Virus record (IMG/VR): IMGVR_UViG_3300044984_001443
Location: 5,608-69,607 of that record
Strand: one strand, 5' to 3'
Source: a virus
DNA length: 64,000 bases
Shown: piece by piece, positions 19,180 through 29,513 of the stretch
Layout: the number at the start of each line of letters is the position of its first letter
Numbering within the stretch: position 1 is the first letter of the stretch
Translations under genes and position numbers: made by a program
Notes under the pieces: generated by a model
Seen by the model: the letters and a program-made list of their open reading frames with translations, nothing else
Told to the model about the DNA's origin: nothing
Database searches by the model: none

Positions 19180-20094
19180 ATGGCTACTCCGATGCGTAGT
19201 ACGGATTTCCGCTCTATTGTTGAGCCGATTCTGAACGAGTCTTTCGATGGTATTTACGACCAGCGTAAGGACGAATGGAAACAATTCATGACCGAACAGT
19301 CGGGTACTCCGCGTTCGTATCATGAAGAAGTGATGCTGTATGGTATGGGTGCGGCTCCGGAACTGCCTGACGGCCAAGCTGTCACGTATCAATCCGGTGG
19401 CGAACTGTACGTTGCTCGCTACACCTACAAGGTCTTCGGTCTGGCTTATGCCCTGACTAAAGTCCTGGTTGAGGACGGCGATCACATCCGGATCGGCAAC
19501 ACTTTCTCGAAGCACTTGGCTCAGTCTATGATTGAAACCAAGGAAACCAACTGTGCGAACCTGCTGAACCGTGCGTTCAACAACTCGTACAAAGGTGGTG
19601 ACGGTGTTGAAATGATCTCCAATGCTCACCCGATCATTGGTGGTACTCAGTCCAACCTGCTGGCTTCCGCTGCCAATCTGTCGCAAACCTCTCTGGAACA
19701 GATGCTTATCCAGATTCGTAACGCGGCCGACAGCAACGGTAAGAAGATCCGTTTGAACCCGCAGAAACTGATCATCTCTCCTGCCAACGTGTTCCAAGCT
19801 GAGGTTATCCTCAAGTCGGTCCTGCGTTCTGGCACGGCGAACAATGACATCAACGCGGTCAAGTCCATGGGTCTGCTGTCTGGTGAAACCGGCGTCGTTA
19901 GCCGTATGACTAGCAACACCGCTTGGTTTGTCAAGACCGACAATGACGAAGGTATGAAACTTCTGATGCGTCGCCGTCTTGAGAAATCCATGGAAGGTGA
20001 TTTCGAGACTGACAGCGTGCGTTACAAGTCCACCGAGCGTTACGGCATGGGTTGGACCGACTGGCGCGGTATCTACGGCACTGCTGGCGTTTAA
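19180..20094 (+). CDS. major capsid protein (HK97 fold)
   Basis: ARYTYKVFGLAYALT, LAQSMIETKE..CANLLNRAF, MEGDFETDSVRYKSTERY..GWTDWRGIYG; strongly biased codons. Confidence 0.9.
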   Translation: MATPMRSTDFRSIVEPILNESFDGIYDQRKDEWKQFMTEQSGTPRSYHEEVMLYGMGAAPELPDGQAVTYQSGGELYVARYTYKVFGLAYALTKVLVEDGDHIRIGNTFSKHLAQSMIETKETNCANLLNRAFNNSYKGGDGVEMISNAHPIIGGTQSNLLASAANLSQTSLEQMLIQIRNAADSNGKKIRLNPQKLIISPANVFQAEVILKSVLRSGTANNDINAVKSMGLLSGETGVVSRMTSNTAWFVKTDNDEGMKLLMRRRLEKSMEGDFETDSVRYKSTERYGMGWTDWRGIYGTAGV

Positions 20095-20101
20095 TGCCAC
20101 T

Positions 20102-20171
20102 ACCTGTCGCTATTCAACACTGACGGTGCGAATCCGTGTTGTTCTCGAGTAGCATGAGAATAGCGACAGGT
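20102..20171 (+). other. structured intergenic RNA element after the MCP gene
   Basis: perfect 14-bp inverted repeat ACCTGTCGCTATTC/GAATAGCGACAGGT enclosing an internal hairpin. Confidence 0.55.
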
Positions 20172-20193
20172 TATCTAATCAAAGGAGCATTAA

Positions 20194-20631
20194 ATGACCT
20201 ACTTCACAGGTGCTGTCACGATCGGTAGTCACCCTTCCGAGGACGTTACTCCCGGGAAAGGTACTGTTGTTCTTTCTCAATCTACCACAGTCTCGACCGT
20301 CGCAGGTTCTCATGCTGCGGTTAGTTCTTCTGTAACACTTCCTGCCAATTCGAAGATCGTTGCGTATTATGTCGATACTTTGGTGGCTGCGACTGGAACG
20401 ATTGCCAACTTGACTACGACGGTTGGTAGTGCTGCTGGTGGCGCTCAGTATATGACGTCCACTGACTTCATTACTACGACTCGTGGTGCGGTTGCATTGA
20501 CCGTTGCTCAGTTGGCTGCGATGGCTAACATTGGTTCTAATACCGATGTGTTCATTACCATTGATGCTAATGCTGCTGCGACTACAACGCAAGGCACGCT
20601 TCAGTTGACCGTCCTTTACACGATGGCTTAA
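20194..20631 (+). CDS. virion structural protein
   Basis: Thr/Ala-rich, TLPANSKIV; highly expressed codon pattern; follows MCP. Confidence 0.65.
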   Translation: MTYFTGAVTIGSHPSEDVTPGKGTVVLSQSTTVSTVAGSHAAVSSSVTLPANSKIVAYYVDTLVAATGTIANLTTTVGSAAGGAQYMTSTDFITTTRGAVALTVAQLAAMANIGSNTDVFITIDANAAATTTQGTLQLTVLYTMA

Positions 20632-20636
20632 CAAAC

Positions 20637-20664
20637 TCTCCCGCTCCGGCGGGAGATTCAGTTT
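20637..20664 (+). terminator. possible intrinsic terminator/hairpin
   Basis: TCTCCCGC-TCCG-GCGGGAGA stem, weak U tract. Confidence 0.45.
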
Positions 20665-20674
20665 GGAGTATCAA

Positions 20675-20911
20675 ATGTACGCATTGGCCCCATTTTCAAA
20701 CGCGCTGACCGTCACTAAATCCGATAGCACTGCGGTCAATTGTACTGCAATCTATATCGGTGGCGCAGGTGACCTCCATGTCAAAATGACTGCCGGTGGA
20801 GCAACTGTTATCTTCGTTGCACCTCCTGTCGGAACAGTTCTAAATCTTCACATGAACAACGGTCGCATTATGGCAGCGACCACTGCGACCAACATTGTCG
20901 CCCTGAGCTGA
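20675..20911 (+). CDS. small structural (spike-base-like) protein
   Basis: AIYIGGAGDL.V.M, PVGTVL, TTATNIVAL motif. Confidence 0.6.
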   Translation: MYALAPFSNALTVTKSDSTAVNCTAIYIGGAGDLHVKMTAGGATVIFVAPPVGTVLNLHMNNGRIMAATTATNIVALS

Positions 20912-20912
20912 T

Positions 20913-21893
20913 ATGTCAACAAGCGGAACAGTTGGTAACACTCGCATCAGCGTAACGAAGCTGATCGAACATGCTGTCCGCCGTTGCGGGCTTTCTGTAA
21001 CGCAACAATCCGCTGAAACGCTAGACATTGCCAAAGATAACCTCTTCATGATGTTGTTGGCACTGGCAAATCGCGGGTATTACCTCTGGTGTCTTGAGAA
21101 ATATTTTGTATCGCTAACCTCTGATCGGGCGACGTATGACACGCCGATCGGTACAATTGACGTATCAGATTTGGTACATTCCAGACCAACCCGCGTCACA
21201 GGAACTGACACAATTGCGGTTGACAGTCACATCACTGAACTTGCTGAAGCGACTAGAATTGTTCGTTTTGGTATTGATTTTTCATTGATTACCCCTGCTG
21301 AAACTATAACGTTTTCAAGTTCAGTAGATGGTATCGCTTGGAATCCTGAGAAAACAATCGTTAAAACTGATTGGAATATTGACCAGTTGTATTGGTTCGA
21401 ACTTGAAACCAACGTAACTTCTGCGTTCTTCAAGATAGAGTCTACGACCGACGATATTGCTCTGAATGACTTTTACCTTGCTAACGCGGTTTATGATTTG
21501 CCGATGGCACCGATCAGTCGTGACACATATTCAGCAATGAATAAGTACGCGCTTGGTACAAGTATCAATTACTTGGTTGAAAAGAAGCTTCTGCCGACGT
21601 TGACCCTTTGGCCCATTCCCAACAACAGTTACAATCATTTGACTATCTGGGTACATCGCCAGATTCAAGATATTGGTGTTTTCACTAACGACCTTGAAAT
21701 TCCTAACCGTTGGATGGAAGCAGTTGTTTGGCAACTGGCCTTCCGCCTGTCAATGGAACTCCCTGGAATTGACCCTGCGCGTATTTCGTTGTTGAGCCAA
21801 GGTGCTGACAAGTACGTTATTGAAGCAGAACTGGATGAGGTTGACGGAATGCCTTCATACTTCCAACCTTCGATCGGTGTCTATACGTCATGA
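20913..21893 (+). CDS. head-tail connector/adaptor protein
   Basis: MSTSGT...LIEHAVRRCG...LANRG..LW, TLWPIP, IPNRWMEAVVWQLA. Confidence 0.7.
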   Translation: MSTSGTVGNTRISVTKLIEHAVRRCGLSVTQQSAETLDIAKDNLFMMLLALANRGYYLWCLEKYFVSLTSDRATYDTPIGTIDVSDLVHSRPTRVTGTDTIAVDSHITELAEATRIVRFGIDFSLITPAETITFSSSVDGIAWNPEKTIVKTDWNIDQLYWFELETNVTSAFFKIESTTDDIALNDFYLANAVYDLPMAPISRDTYSAMNKYALGTSINYLVEKKLLPTLTLWPIPNNSYNHLTIWVHRQIQDIGVFTNDLEIPNRWMEAVVWQLAFRLSMELPGIDPARISLLSQGADKYVIEAELDEVDGMPSYFQPSIGVYTS

Positions 21894-22111
21894 GATATTT
21901 GCCTGTCAGGACACGTGGTTCTGCGGCGATTGCAATTTGTGGGCGCTGTAGGAAAAAGGTCTATTACACAGACTTGATCAGAGATCCTAATGATCATCAA
22001 TTCTATTGTGAAGATTGTGTAGATGACCTTGATCCATATCGTAAACCTGCTCGTGAACCTGAGAATATAACACTCAGTCACCCAAGACCTGATGAGGCGT
22101 TAGATGGCTGA
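21890..22111 (+). CDS. small Zn-binding protein
   Basis: AICGRC...CEDC.D..DP...PRPD. Confidence 0.65.
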   Translation: MRYLPVRTRGSAAIAICGRCRKKVYYTDLIRDPNDHQFYCEDCVDDLDPYRKPAREPENITLSHPRPDEALDG

Positions 22112-22706
22112 AGCACTGACTTACGATTCATTGGTTTCCGATGTTGCGTTGTATGCTGAGCGTAGTGACGAACCGTTTATAACTCAGATTCCCAGGTTCA
22201 TTATGCTTGCCGAAAACCGATTGGCTAGTGAGCTTCGCGGTCTTGGATATCTTCGCTTTGCTAATTTCACAATGGAAATTGGACAACCTGTTTATTCCAA
22301 ACCTGCTAGGTGGCGTGAGACAAAAGATTTCTCTATCTTGATAAATGGTGAGCGTAAGTTCATTTATTTAAGATCGAATTCTTGGTGTCGCCAGTATTGG
22401 TCAAACACCGCTACGGTGAATGTTCCGGAATATTATTCCGATTACGATTACGAACATTTCTATATCGTCGGCACACCTGATCAAGCGTATGTCGCTGAAA
22501 TATCTTATCATGAACGTCCAGAGCCATTGTCTGAATCAAATCAAACGAATTGGACAACTCAGTACGCTCCGCAACTCATATTATATGCTACGTTATTAGA
22601 AGCACAGCCATTCTTGAAACTTCCTGAGAAACTCCAAGAATGGCAAGCAATGTTCGAAAGATCTGCTCAAGCATTCGCACATGAACAACAACTGAGGGTT
22701 CAATGA
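22104..22706 (+). CDS. tail adaptor (tubular protein A-like)
   Basis: TYDSL..DV..Y.ER, IPRFIMLAENR, TNWTTQYAPQLILYATLLEA.PFLK. Confidence 0.7.
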   Translation: MAEALTYDSLVSDVALYAERSDEPFITQIPRFIMLAENRLASELRGLGYLRFANFTMEIGQPVYSKPARWRETKDFSILINGERKFIYLRSNSWCRQYWSNTATVNVPEYYSDYDYEHFYIVGTPDQAYVAEISYHERPEPLSESNQTNWTTQYAPQLILYATLLEAQPFLKLPEKLQEWQAMFERSAQAFAHEQQLRVQ

Positions 22707-24814
22707 TGGCAGGATACACCGACGTACTGTTTAATGAAGCGATACCTTTAGCTGAATCTTCGTACGCTTCGTATTCGTTAACTGAGAACGAGACCTTTCA
22801 ATGGCCTTACAATTACTCAGGGGACGAACACGTTATATGTAAACTCATTGACGTAACGTGCTCAGCAGGGGTCGTTGTAACTGCGCCCGCTGCGAATCAG
22901 GTTTCTAAAGGTGAGTCGTTCATAGTCAGAAATATTGGTTCTGAACTGCTAACAATTCTTAAGAACGACGGCACGCCTCTGGTCACAGTTGATTTCGGTA
23001 AGACCACTTTCATATATGTCACAGACAATAGTGATGTCGGGGGTAATTGGGGCATAATTGAATTTGGAACAGGTGTTTCCGCCGCCGATGCTGTTTCCCT
23101 TGAAGGTTACGGACTCACCGTCATCGGTAGTGTCCTAAACTCTGCATTCCCCTCGGAGACACAATCTTCGAGTTGGACCATTGACCAGTATGACCGGGCA
23201 AAAGCCTTCATTTACACGGGAGGAGCTGGAACCCTAACCCTCCCCGCCTCAGCCACAGTGGGTGACGACTTCTTCTGTCTGTTGCGTAATGCCGGATCTG
23301 GTACACTGACCATTGACCCTGATTCTACTGAAACTGTTGATGATCAGGTCACCCTCCAGATCAACCCTGGTGAATCACTGATTCTGGTATGCAATGCGGT
23401 TGAATGGTACACCGTTGGATACGGTCGCTCAATGTTGTATCAGTTTACCCAGTTGACCAAAGACCTGACTGCTGGTGGAACCATCACCTTGTCCGACAGT
23501 GAGTCTAGCAACAAACTGTTCAAGTTCACAGGTACTCCTGCTGGAACTGTGAACGTAGTGGTTCCTGCGGTGGTTGCAGTCTATTACGTTTACAATGCCT
23601 TTTCCTCGGCTCAGAGCATTAACCTGAAGACCGCTTCCGGAGCCTCTGCCGCCATTGGACAAGGTCAACGCGCCATTGTATTCTGCGATGGAACCGATGT
23701 TCTGGCCGCTCAAACTGCTACGATTAGTGGTGATCTTAGTTTGACCGATGGCACAGCGGCTTCACCCTCACTAAAATTCGCTACATCCACTAACACTGGA
23801 CTACACAAGTATGGCGCGTCCGGACTGGGGTTCTCCGTAGCAGGTTCCTTGGCAGGTTTCTTTGGGACGGCAGGTTTCACGGTTTCTTCCGGGTATCTTC
23901 AACTCCCATCCAACACATCCCCAAGTCAAACCGCTGAGGGGGCGATGGTTTGGGATAATGATTCTGACTTGTTGGTAATTGGAACCGGGGCAAGTCAGAA
24001 AACAATGGTGGATACGAGCTCCACTCAAACCGTCGCGAATAAAACCCTCGCCTCTACAAATATGACTGTTGACACTAGGATTAGTGGGGTCCTAGTTTTA
24101 CCATCAGGAACTGGGGACATTGGGGAGGCGGTAACTCAGTGGAACAGTTCTACTGACCACCTTACTATCGGATCCGGATCTGCGATTAAGACGCTAGTCA
24201 ATGCTGATGATGTTATTGCCATAGCTCAAGGTGGAACCGGGCAGGCTTCTAAGACCCCCGCCTTTGACGCATTGGCTCCTACTACCGCCAAGGGTGACTT
24301 GATTGTCTACAACGGTACTGACAACATCCGATTGGCTGTTGGAACCAACGGACAGTTTGTATCTGCTGACTCTGCTGAAGCTTCTGGACTTAAATGGGCA
24401 TCACTACCTGCCGGCGAGGTCACACTGACTAATGCTGTAACCATCCAGAACAAGAAGCTCCAAGACTCCATCCTGATCAACTACGCAGAGTATGACAACG
24501 GAAACAAGACCGGTGCCACTGCTATCGCTTGGGTGAATGGTCAGCGTCAGAAGATGGCAATGACTGGAAGCTGCACCGTCACATTCGATTGGACTGGGTG
24601 TGAGGCTGGAACCTATATCCTGGTCGTGAGTATGACCAATAGCTCGGCCTATACGATCACCTGGAGCACTGGAACTCCAGCATCCACCAGTTGGATTGCT
24701 AGAACCTCTGCCCCGTCTCTTTACACTGGGGGATCCGGTCGTAAGACTATCTTCTGCTTCTACTACGACGGAACAAATGTAATCGGTTCTGGGGACAAAG
24801 TGGGGTCCGTATAA
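22703..24814 (+). CDS. tail fibre/structural protein
   Basis: TLPASATVGDDFFCLLRNAGSGTLTI, DGTAASPSL.F, IAQGGTGQ fibre motifs. Confidence 0.7.
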   Translation: MMAGYTDVLFNEAIPLAESSYASYSLTENETFQWPYNYSGDEHVICKLIDVTCSAGVVVTAPAANQVSKGESFIVRNIGSELLTILKNDGTPLVTVDFGKTTFIYVTDNSDVGGNWGIIEFGTGVSAADAVSLEGYGLTVIGSVLNSAFPSETQSSSWTIDQYDRAKAFIYTGGAGTLTLPASATVGDDFFCLLRNAGSGTLTIDPDSTETVDDQVTLQINPGESLILVCNAVEWYTVGYGRSMLYQFTQLTKDLTAGGTITLSDSESSNKLFKFTGTPAGTVNVVVPAVVAVYYVYNAFSSAQSINLKTASGASAAIGQGQRAIVFCDGTDVLAAQTATISGDLSLTDGTAASPSLKFATSTNTGLHKYGASGLGFSVAGSLAGFFGTAGFTVSSGYLQLPSNTSPSQTAEGAMVWDNDSDLLVIGTGASQKTMVDTSSTQTVANKTLASTNMTVDTRISGVLVLPSGTGDIGEAVTQWNSSTDHLTIGSGSAIKTLVNADDVIAIAQGGTGQASKTPAFDALAPTTAKGDLIVYNGTDNIRLAVGTNGQFVSADSAEASGLKWASLPAGEVTLTNAVTIQNKKLQDSILINYAEYDNGNKTGATAIAWVNGQRQKMAMTGSCTVTFDWTGCEAGTYILVVSMTNSSAYTITWSTGTPASTSWIARTSAPSLYTGGSGRKTIFCFYYDGTNVIGSGDKVGSV

Positions 24815-25300
24815 ATGGCGACTGCAACACTTTATGCTGACTCCCTTTACACTACATCCTCCAACTGTGGAAACAATTTGGGGAATTACATAGCCCAATT
24901 TTACACCTGTGATGTAAGTGATTATAGGTATTTCGATGTAACTTTCTCGGATTGGGATTCCATTCCTATCGGATCACATATTACGTCTATACAGGTTACA
25001 GCCACGGGGTACACAACGACCTCGGGTCTAGCCTACCCTCCACGTGGAGCGATCTATACAGCGTGTGGAGATTGGGAAACGGTTATCAGCCCTAATCCAA
25101 TAGCTAACGGTGTTGGATATTCTGGTGTTGATTATGTTGATATTTATCATACTGGATCTGAACCGAATGGATCCGGTTACGCATTAAGGATATATGTCAT
25201 AAACCAGGAGGGTTTTTACTCCTCGGATGGCGGGTTTACAAACCCACAATTGATTGTCACGTACACCGAACCCCCGGCGTCACTCTTACTAAGGGACTGA
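24815..25300 (+). CDS. hypothetical tail-associated protein
   Basis: Tyr/Thr-rich ORF ending PQLIVTY; tail operon. Confidence 0.55.
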   Translation: MATATLYADSLYTTSSNCGNNLGNYIAQFYTCDVSDYRYFDVTFSDWDSIPIGSHITSIQVTATGYTTTSGLAYPPRGAIYTACGDWETVISPNPIANGVGYSGVDYVDIYHTGSEPNGSGYALRIYVINQEGFYSSDGGFTNPQLIVTYTEPPASLLLRD

Positions 25301-25301
25301 G

Positions 25302-25754
25302 ATGTCAAAACATTTCTACCATGAAGAACTTGGGTTGCATACCGAAACCCCGTTTCGTAACTTCTTCTCAAGTATGTCACTCCCGTATGAGCTGAATGAT
25401 GAGGTTGTTAGAAACCTCGGATGGCTTCCGGTGGTTCGTGAACCTCGCCCCGAGGATGATGAGGTTCAGTCCTTCGTTCCTTATAACCGGGTCTCAGGAG
25501 AGAACTACGTATTCGGGTGGGCACCAGTTCCTCACACACAAGAGAAACTGGATAGCATCGCTAAGAGTAAGGTCAAGAAAGCCAATGCCAGAGAAGTGAA
25601 GGAAGACCTCCAAGTCCAAAATTTCCTGGATAAGACCCCGGCTCAGATGAATCAGTATATTGAGAATCAGGTGCTCGATATTGAATCTGCCAAGAAAATC
25701 ATGAAGCTGATGGGTCGTGTTTTACTGGTCATTGCCCGAAATGTCAATGAATGA
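25302..25754 (+). CDS. tail fibre assembly-like protein
   Basis: ORF between fibre genes. Confidence 0.5.
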   Translation: MSKHFYHEELGLHTETPFRNFFSSMSLPYELNDEVVRNLGWLPVVREPRPEDDEVQSFVPYNRVSGENYVFGWAPVPHTQEKLDSIAKSKVKKANAREVKEDLQVQNFLDKTPAQMNQYIENQVLDIESAKKIMKLMGRVLLVIARNVNE

Positions 25755-27276
25755 ACTCTCATCTGATATTCGCCAAGAGGATAAGTTCCCCTCAAGGGAT
25801 TCCCGCGTCTGGCAGGATTCTCAAGAGAAGATCCGTGAGGTCTCTGGCGACTATACGGTTTCAGCCGATGACGATTACCTGCTAGTAGATGCTACGTCAG
25901 GTAGTATTGATATAACTCTACCTGATGCCATCAGCCGTAGAAAATTAACCATCGTTAGAGTAGCAGGAACTAACACGGTCGTTTTGCTCCCGGTAGGTAC
26001 GGATACCATCGACGGAAGTGTTAGCAAAACGATCAGTTCTTCTAACAACCCTGTATATCTTAAGGGAGTTCCTGGTGGGTATGTGACCTCAGCCACGGGT
26101 GCAACACTAGGAGCGAACACGTTCACTGCTACTCAGACCATCCAGGGTAACTTGGCGTTTGACGGCACTGGTAGAAGGATTACTGGCGACTTCAGCAATG
26201 CGACTATTGCTAATCGTACACTGTTTCAGACGAATTTAATAAACGGATCTACCTCTGTAGGAGCCGTTCCGAATGGAACCAATGTAAATGCTCAATTCAT
26301 TGCGTTTTCTAACAGTGATCCTACTAATTCTTCCTTAATAAACATTACAACAGCATTAGGGTCCGACGTTAGATTAACATCGGGGGCTACCGGAACCGGA
26401 ACATCGCTCCCATTGACCATCTACACGGCGGGTGCTGAGAGGGTAAGGATTGATACGAGTGGGAATGTTGGGATTGGACAAGCACCAGTGGCAAGGCACA
26501 ACGTAGTCAATACAACTGCGTCCACAGATGCCTTCTCGCTCTACCAGAACGGCTCTACCGGATTAAGTGCTTCCGATGGTTTCAAGGTTGGTGTTGGGTC
26601 GGACAACCTAGCTTATATTTGGTCGTTTGATCTTAACGACATTAAGTTTGGGACATCCAACACTGAGAGGATGCGGATAGCGTCATCTGGCTATGTGGGG
26701 ATCGGTGGAACTGCATCAACGAAACTCCAAATATATTCTTCCGCAAACACAGGTTTATTGGTTTCATCCACAGATGGAACTACCTTTAAAGGGATTATGT
26801 ACAACACCAACGACACCCAATTAACAGTTGGTACGGTGACTAATCATCCACTTGTTTTATATACAAATAATACCGAGAGGGTGCGGCTCAATTCATCCGG
26901 TAACCTCCTAGTCACCCATCCCGCATCACTAGGCTACGGGGTAGGCGCAGGTGGAACAGTTACACAGGCTACAAGCAAAGCTACGACGGTGGCGCTAAAT
27001 AAACCCTGCGGCACTATCACAACACACAATGCTAACTTGAACGCTGGTGCATCGGTTACCTTTTATTTTCAGAACGACCTTATTACAACAGGCGATGTAT
27101 TGATACTATGCCCAAGTTGGACTGCAATAAGTCCAACAAACTATAATATTGAAGTGGTAGGTTATGGGTCAGGAACTCCGAACTTCTTCATAATAAAGAT
27201 AACCAATATTTCAGCTACTAACCGAGCGGAAGTAATTACCATACCTTTTGTAGTAATTAAGGGGTACAGTTCGTGA
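25747..27276 (+). CDS. tail fibre protein
   Basis: three ER(V/M)R(I/L).(S/T)SG repeats; C-terminal GYG.GAGGTVTQATSK.T.V.LNKPCGTIT. Confidence 0.8.
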   Translation: MNELSSDIRQEDKFPSRDSRVWQDSQEKIREVSGDYTVSADDDYLLVDATSGSIDITLPDAISRRKLTIVRVAGTNTVVLLPVGTDTIDGSVSKTISSSNNPVYLKGVPGGYVTSATGATLGANTFTATQTIQGNLAFDGTGRRITGDFSNATIANRTLFQTNLINGSTSVGAVPNGTNVNAQFIAFSNSDPTNSSLINITTALGSDVRLTSGATGTGTSLPLTIYTAGAERVRIDTSGNVGIGQAPVARHNVVNTTASTDAFSLYQNGSTGLSASDGFKVGVGSDNLAYIWSFDLNDIKFGTSNTERMRIASSGYVGIGGTASTKLQIYSSANTGLLVSSTDGTTFKGIMYNTNDTQLTVGTVTNHPLVLYTNNTERVRLNSSGNLLVTHPASLGYGVGAGGTVTQATSKATTVALNKPCGTITTHNANLNAGASVTFYFQNDLITTGDVLILCPSWTAISPTNYNIEVVGYGSGTPNFFIIKITNISATNRAEVITIPFVVIKGYSS

Positions 27277-27737
27277 ACACACTAAAACAAGTAATCCACT
27301 ATCCAGATACCAATTCAGTTGAAGCAACTTGGATTGATGAAAATAACATTCAAATCAAATGTCACTCCTATGCTGATGTTCAAATGTATTTGTTCCGTGC
27401 TGATGCTTTGGAACTAGGTACACCCTTAACAGAATATGAGGAAATGATTGCTTTGGTAGAAGCCAACATTGTTCCTTATGTTGAGCCTCCTCCTATTATC
27501 CCTGAAGCAGTCACTATGCGGCAAGCACGGTTGGCTTTATTAGGCGCGGGGATGCTTACCTTTGCGAATGACGCTATCGCTGCGATGGAAGGTGTCGAGG
27601 GGGAAGCTGCGCGGATTGAGTGGGAGTACGCCCACGAAGTGCGCCGAGATGCACCTCTGGTATCAGGTATGGCGTCTGCTCTTAGTTTGACTGAAGAACA
27701 ACTTGATACATTGTTCCTTACTGCTCAGGGGTTATGA
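27273..27737 (+). CDS. tail fibre-associated protein
   Basis: VTMRQARLALL...IEWEYA.EVRRD.PLV..M...L.LTEEQLD.LF motif. Confidence 0.65.
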   Translation: MNTLKQVIHYPDTNSVEATWIDENNIQIKCHSYADVQMYLFRADALELGTPLTEYEEMIALVEANIVPYVEPPPIIPEAVTMRQARLALLGAGMLTFANDAIAAMEGVEGEAARIEWEYAHEVRRDAPLVSGMASALSLTEEQLDTLFLTAQGL

Positions 27738-27740
27738 GAT

Positions 27741-29459
27741 ATGTCTGATGTAAAGAATCTGGTCTCCCTCCTCCCCAAACCCGGAGTTCAGCGGGATGGA
27801 ACGTCATTGGACTCAGATCAATACACAGATGGTCAATGGGTGAGATTCCAGCGTGGACGTCCACGTAAGATGGGTGGATTCTTTCGCATATCAGACCGTA
27901 TGCGCGGCCCAATCAATAACACCTATGTCTTCTCTGAAGAAGGTATTCATTACATCAGTTCTTTCTCACCATCTGGAATTGAGGGTATTGGTGTAGATGA
28001 CAATGGTTTAGGAGGCGCAGTAGCTGATCGGACTCCGTCAGGTTATACCAGCATCGAGGGCGCACGTTGGTCGGTAGATTCAATGTTCGATGCTGCCGCA
28101 GGTAGTCAGAAATCCATTATCCTGACCACCCCAACAGTTCCAAATTCTTCAACCGAACAGGCTGTGTATTGGGCCGATGCGAGTGACCTCAGTCAATTTG
28201 TTGAAATTACCGACGTCAATGCGGTGGCATCAGGTGGGGTATTCTGTGCCCCACCCTACGCAGTTCTATATGGAACTGATGGTAAAGTGACTTGGTCTAA
28301 TCAGAACGAGCCGCAGAATTACACCACTGGGGATGCTGGTACAGCGCGCGTCACGGGGGCAAAGATCGTTCAGGGTTATTCCATGAGAACCGGCGCTGGT
28401 CTGGGCGGGCTACTTTGGTCACTGGACGCAGTTATCCGTATGGATTACATTGGTGGTCAGGCGGTTTTCCGGTTCCAGAAACTATCACAGTCAGCATCGA
28501 TATTGACTCAGAACACCGTGGTTGAATACGACGGAATGTATTTCTGGATAGGTAATGATCGGTTCCTGATGACCGATGGTTCCAGGGTTGAGGAGCTACA
28601 GAACACCTGTAATTTGAATTGGTTCTTTGATAACCTGAACCCAGCGAATAAGAACAAAGTTTGGGGAATGAAGATTCCACGATTCGGGGAGATTTGGTGG
28701 TTCTTCCCATTTGGTGAAAACACTGAATGTAGTCATGCTGTAATCTACAACATTCGTGAGAAGACTTGGTATGATGTAGAACTTCCACGTTCAGCCGGAT
28801 TCCATGCCCAAACATTGCCGTTTCCCCTGATGTATCAGTCGGTAGCTGACAACTTGGTTAGGATAACATTGTCTGGTGTCACCGGATCATTCACTGTAGA
28901 AGATCTAGTCAAAGGTGCAACTTCTAAGGCCGTGGGTCAGATCATGAGTATTGTTGGATCTAACTACTATGTCAAGTTGGTTTCTGGTACATTGTTACAT
29001 GCTGAAGTCATCAGTAACTTAACTATCACGGGTTCAGCAACCATTGATACTCTGAACTCAACCTATAGTTTGTTTGGACATGAACGTGGTAAAGACAAAG
29101 TTGAGGGTGAGAGCATCACTGCTATCGACAGCTATTACACTACCCTGGACTTTGGTATGCCCACTGGTGGACTTGATCCGCAGGCATTACAGGGAGCAAA
29201 CCGTTGGACCCGCATCACCCGTATCGAACCTGACTTAGTTCAGGTCGGTGAGATGACGGTTGAAGTGTTGAGTAGAGAATTTGCCAACTCCCCTGAGATA
29301 GCAGTTGTATCTGAACCATTTCAACCCACCACTGAAAGAATTGACATAAGAACCCAAGCTAGACACCTCAAGTTGAGATTCCGATCTAATACTCAAGGTG
29401 GTCATTACGAAGCAGGGCGCACACTGCTTCATATTGAAGTCGGTGATAACAGGACATAA
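27741..29459 (+). CDS. tail nozzle/stabilisation protein (tubular protein B-like)
   Basis: KPGVQRDGT, DGQWVRFQRGRPRKMGG, FGEIWWFFP, IYNIREKTWY, RITRIEPD. Confidence 0.8.
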   Translation: MSDVKNLVSLLPKPGVQRDGTSLDSDQYTDGQWVRFQRGRPRKMGGFFRISDRMRGPINNTYVFSEEGIHYISSFSPSGIEGIGVDDNGLGGAVADRTPSGYTSIEGARWSVDSMFDAAAGSQKSIILTTPTVPNSSTEQAVYWADASDLSQFVEITDVNAVASGGVFCAPPYAVLYGTDGKVTWSNQNEPQNYTTGDAGTARVTGAKIVQGYSMRTGAGLGGLLWSLDAVIRMDYIGGQAVFRFQKLSQSASILTQNTVVEYDGMYFWIGNDRFLMTDGSRVEELQNTCNLNWFFDNLNPANKNKVWGMKIPRFGEIWWFFPFGENTECSHAVIYNIREKTWYDVELPRSAGFHAQTLPFPLMYQSVADNLVRITLSGVTGSFTVEDLVKGATSKAVGQIMSIVGSNYYVKLVSGTLLHAEVISNLTITGSATIDTLNSTYSLFGHERGKDKVEGESITAIDSYYTTLDFGMPTGGLDPQALQGANRWTRITRIEPDLVQVGEMTVEVLSREFANSPEIAVVSEPFQPTTERIDIRTQARHLKLRFRSNTQGGHYEAGRTLLHIEVGDNRT

Positions 29460-29513
29460 TATTGTTTACAACCCGAGTAACAGTTGCTACAATGTAACGA
29501 GATGAATTAGGAG

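Noticed and set aside
18525-20100. Long minus-strand ORFs (207 and 329 aa)
   Set aside because: Shadows of the codon-biased capsid genes
22703-27276. Diversity-generating retroelement acting on fibres
   Set aside because: No RT and no TR/VR pair with A-specific mismatches noticed
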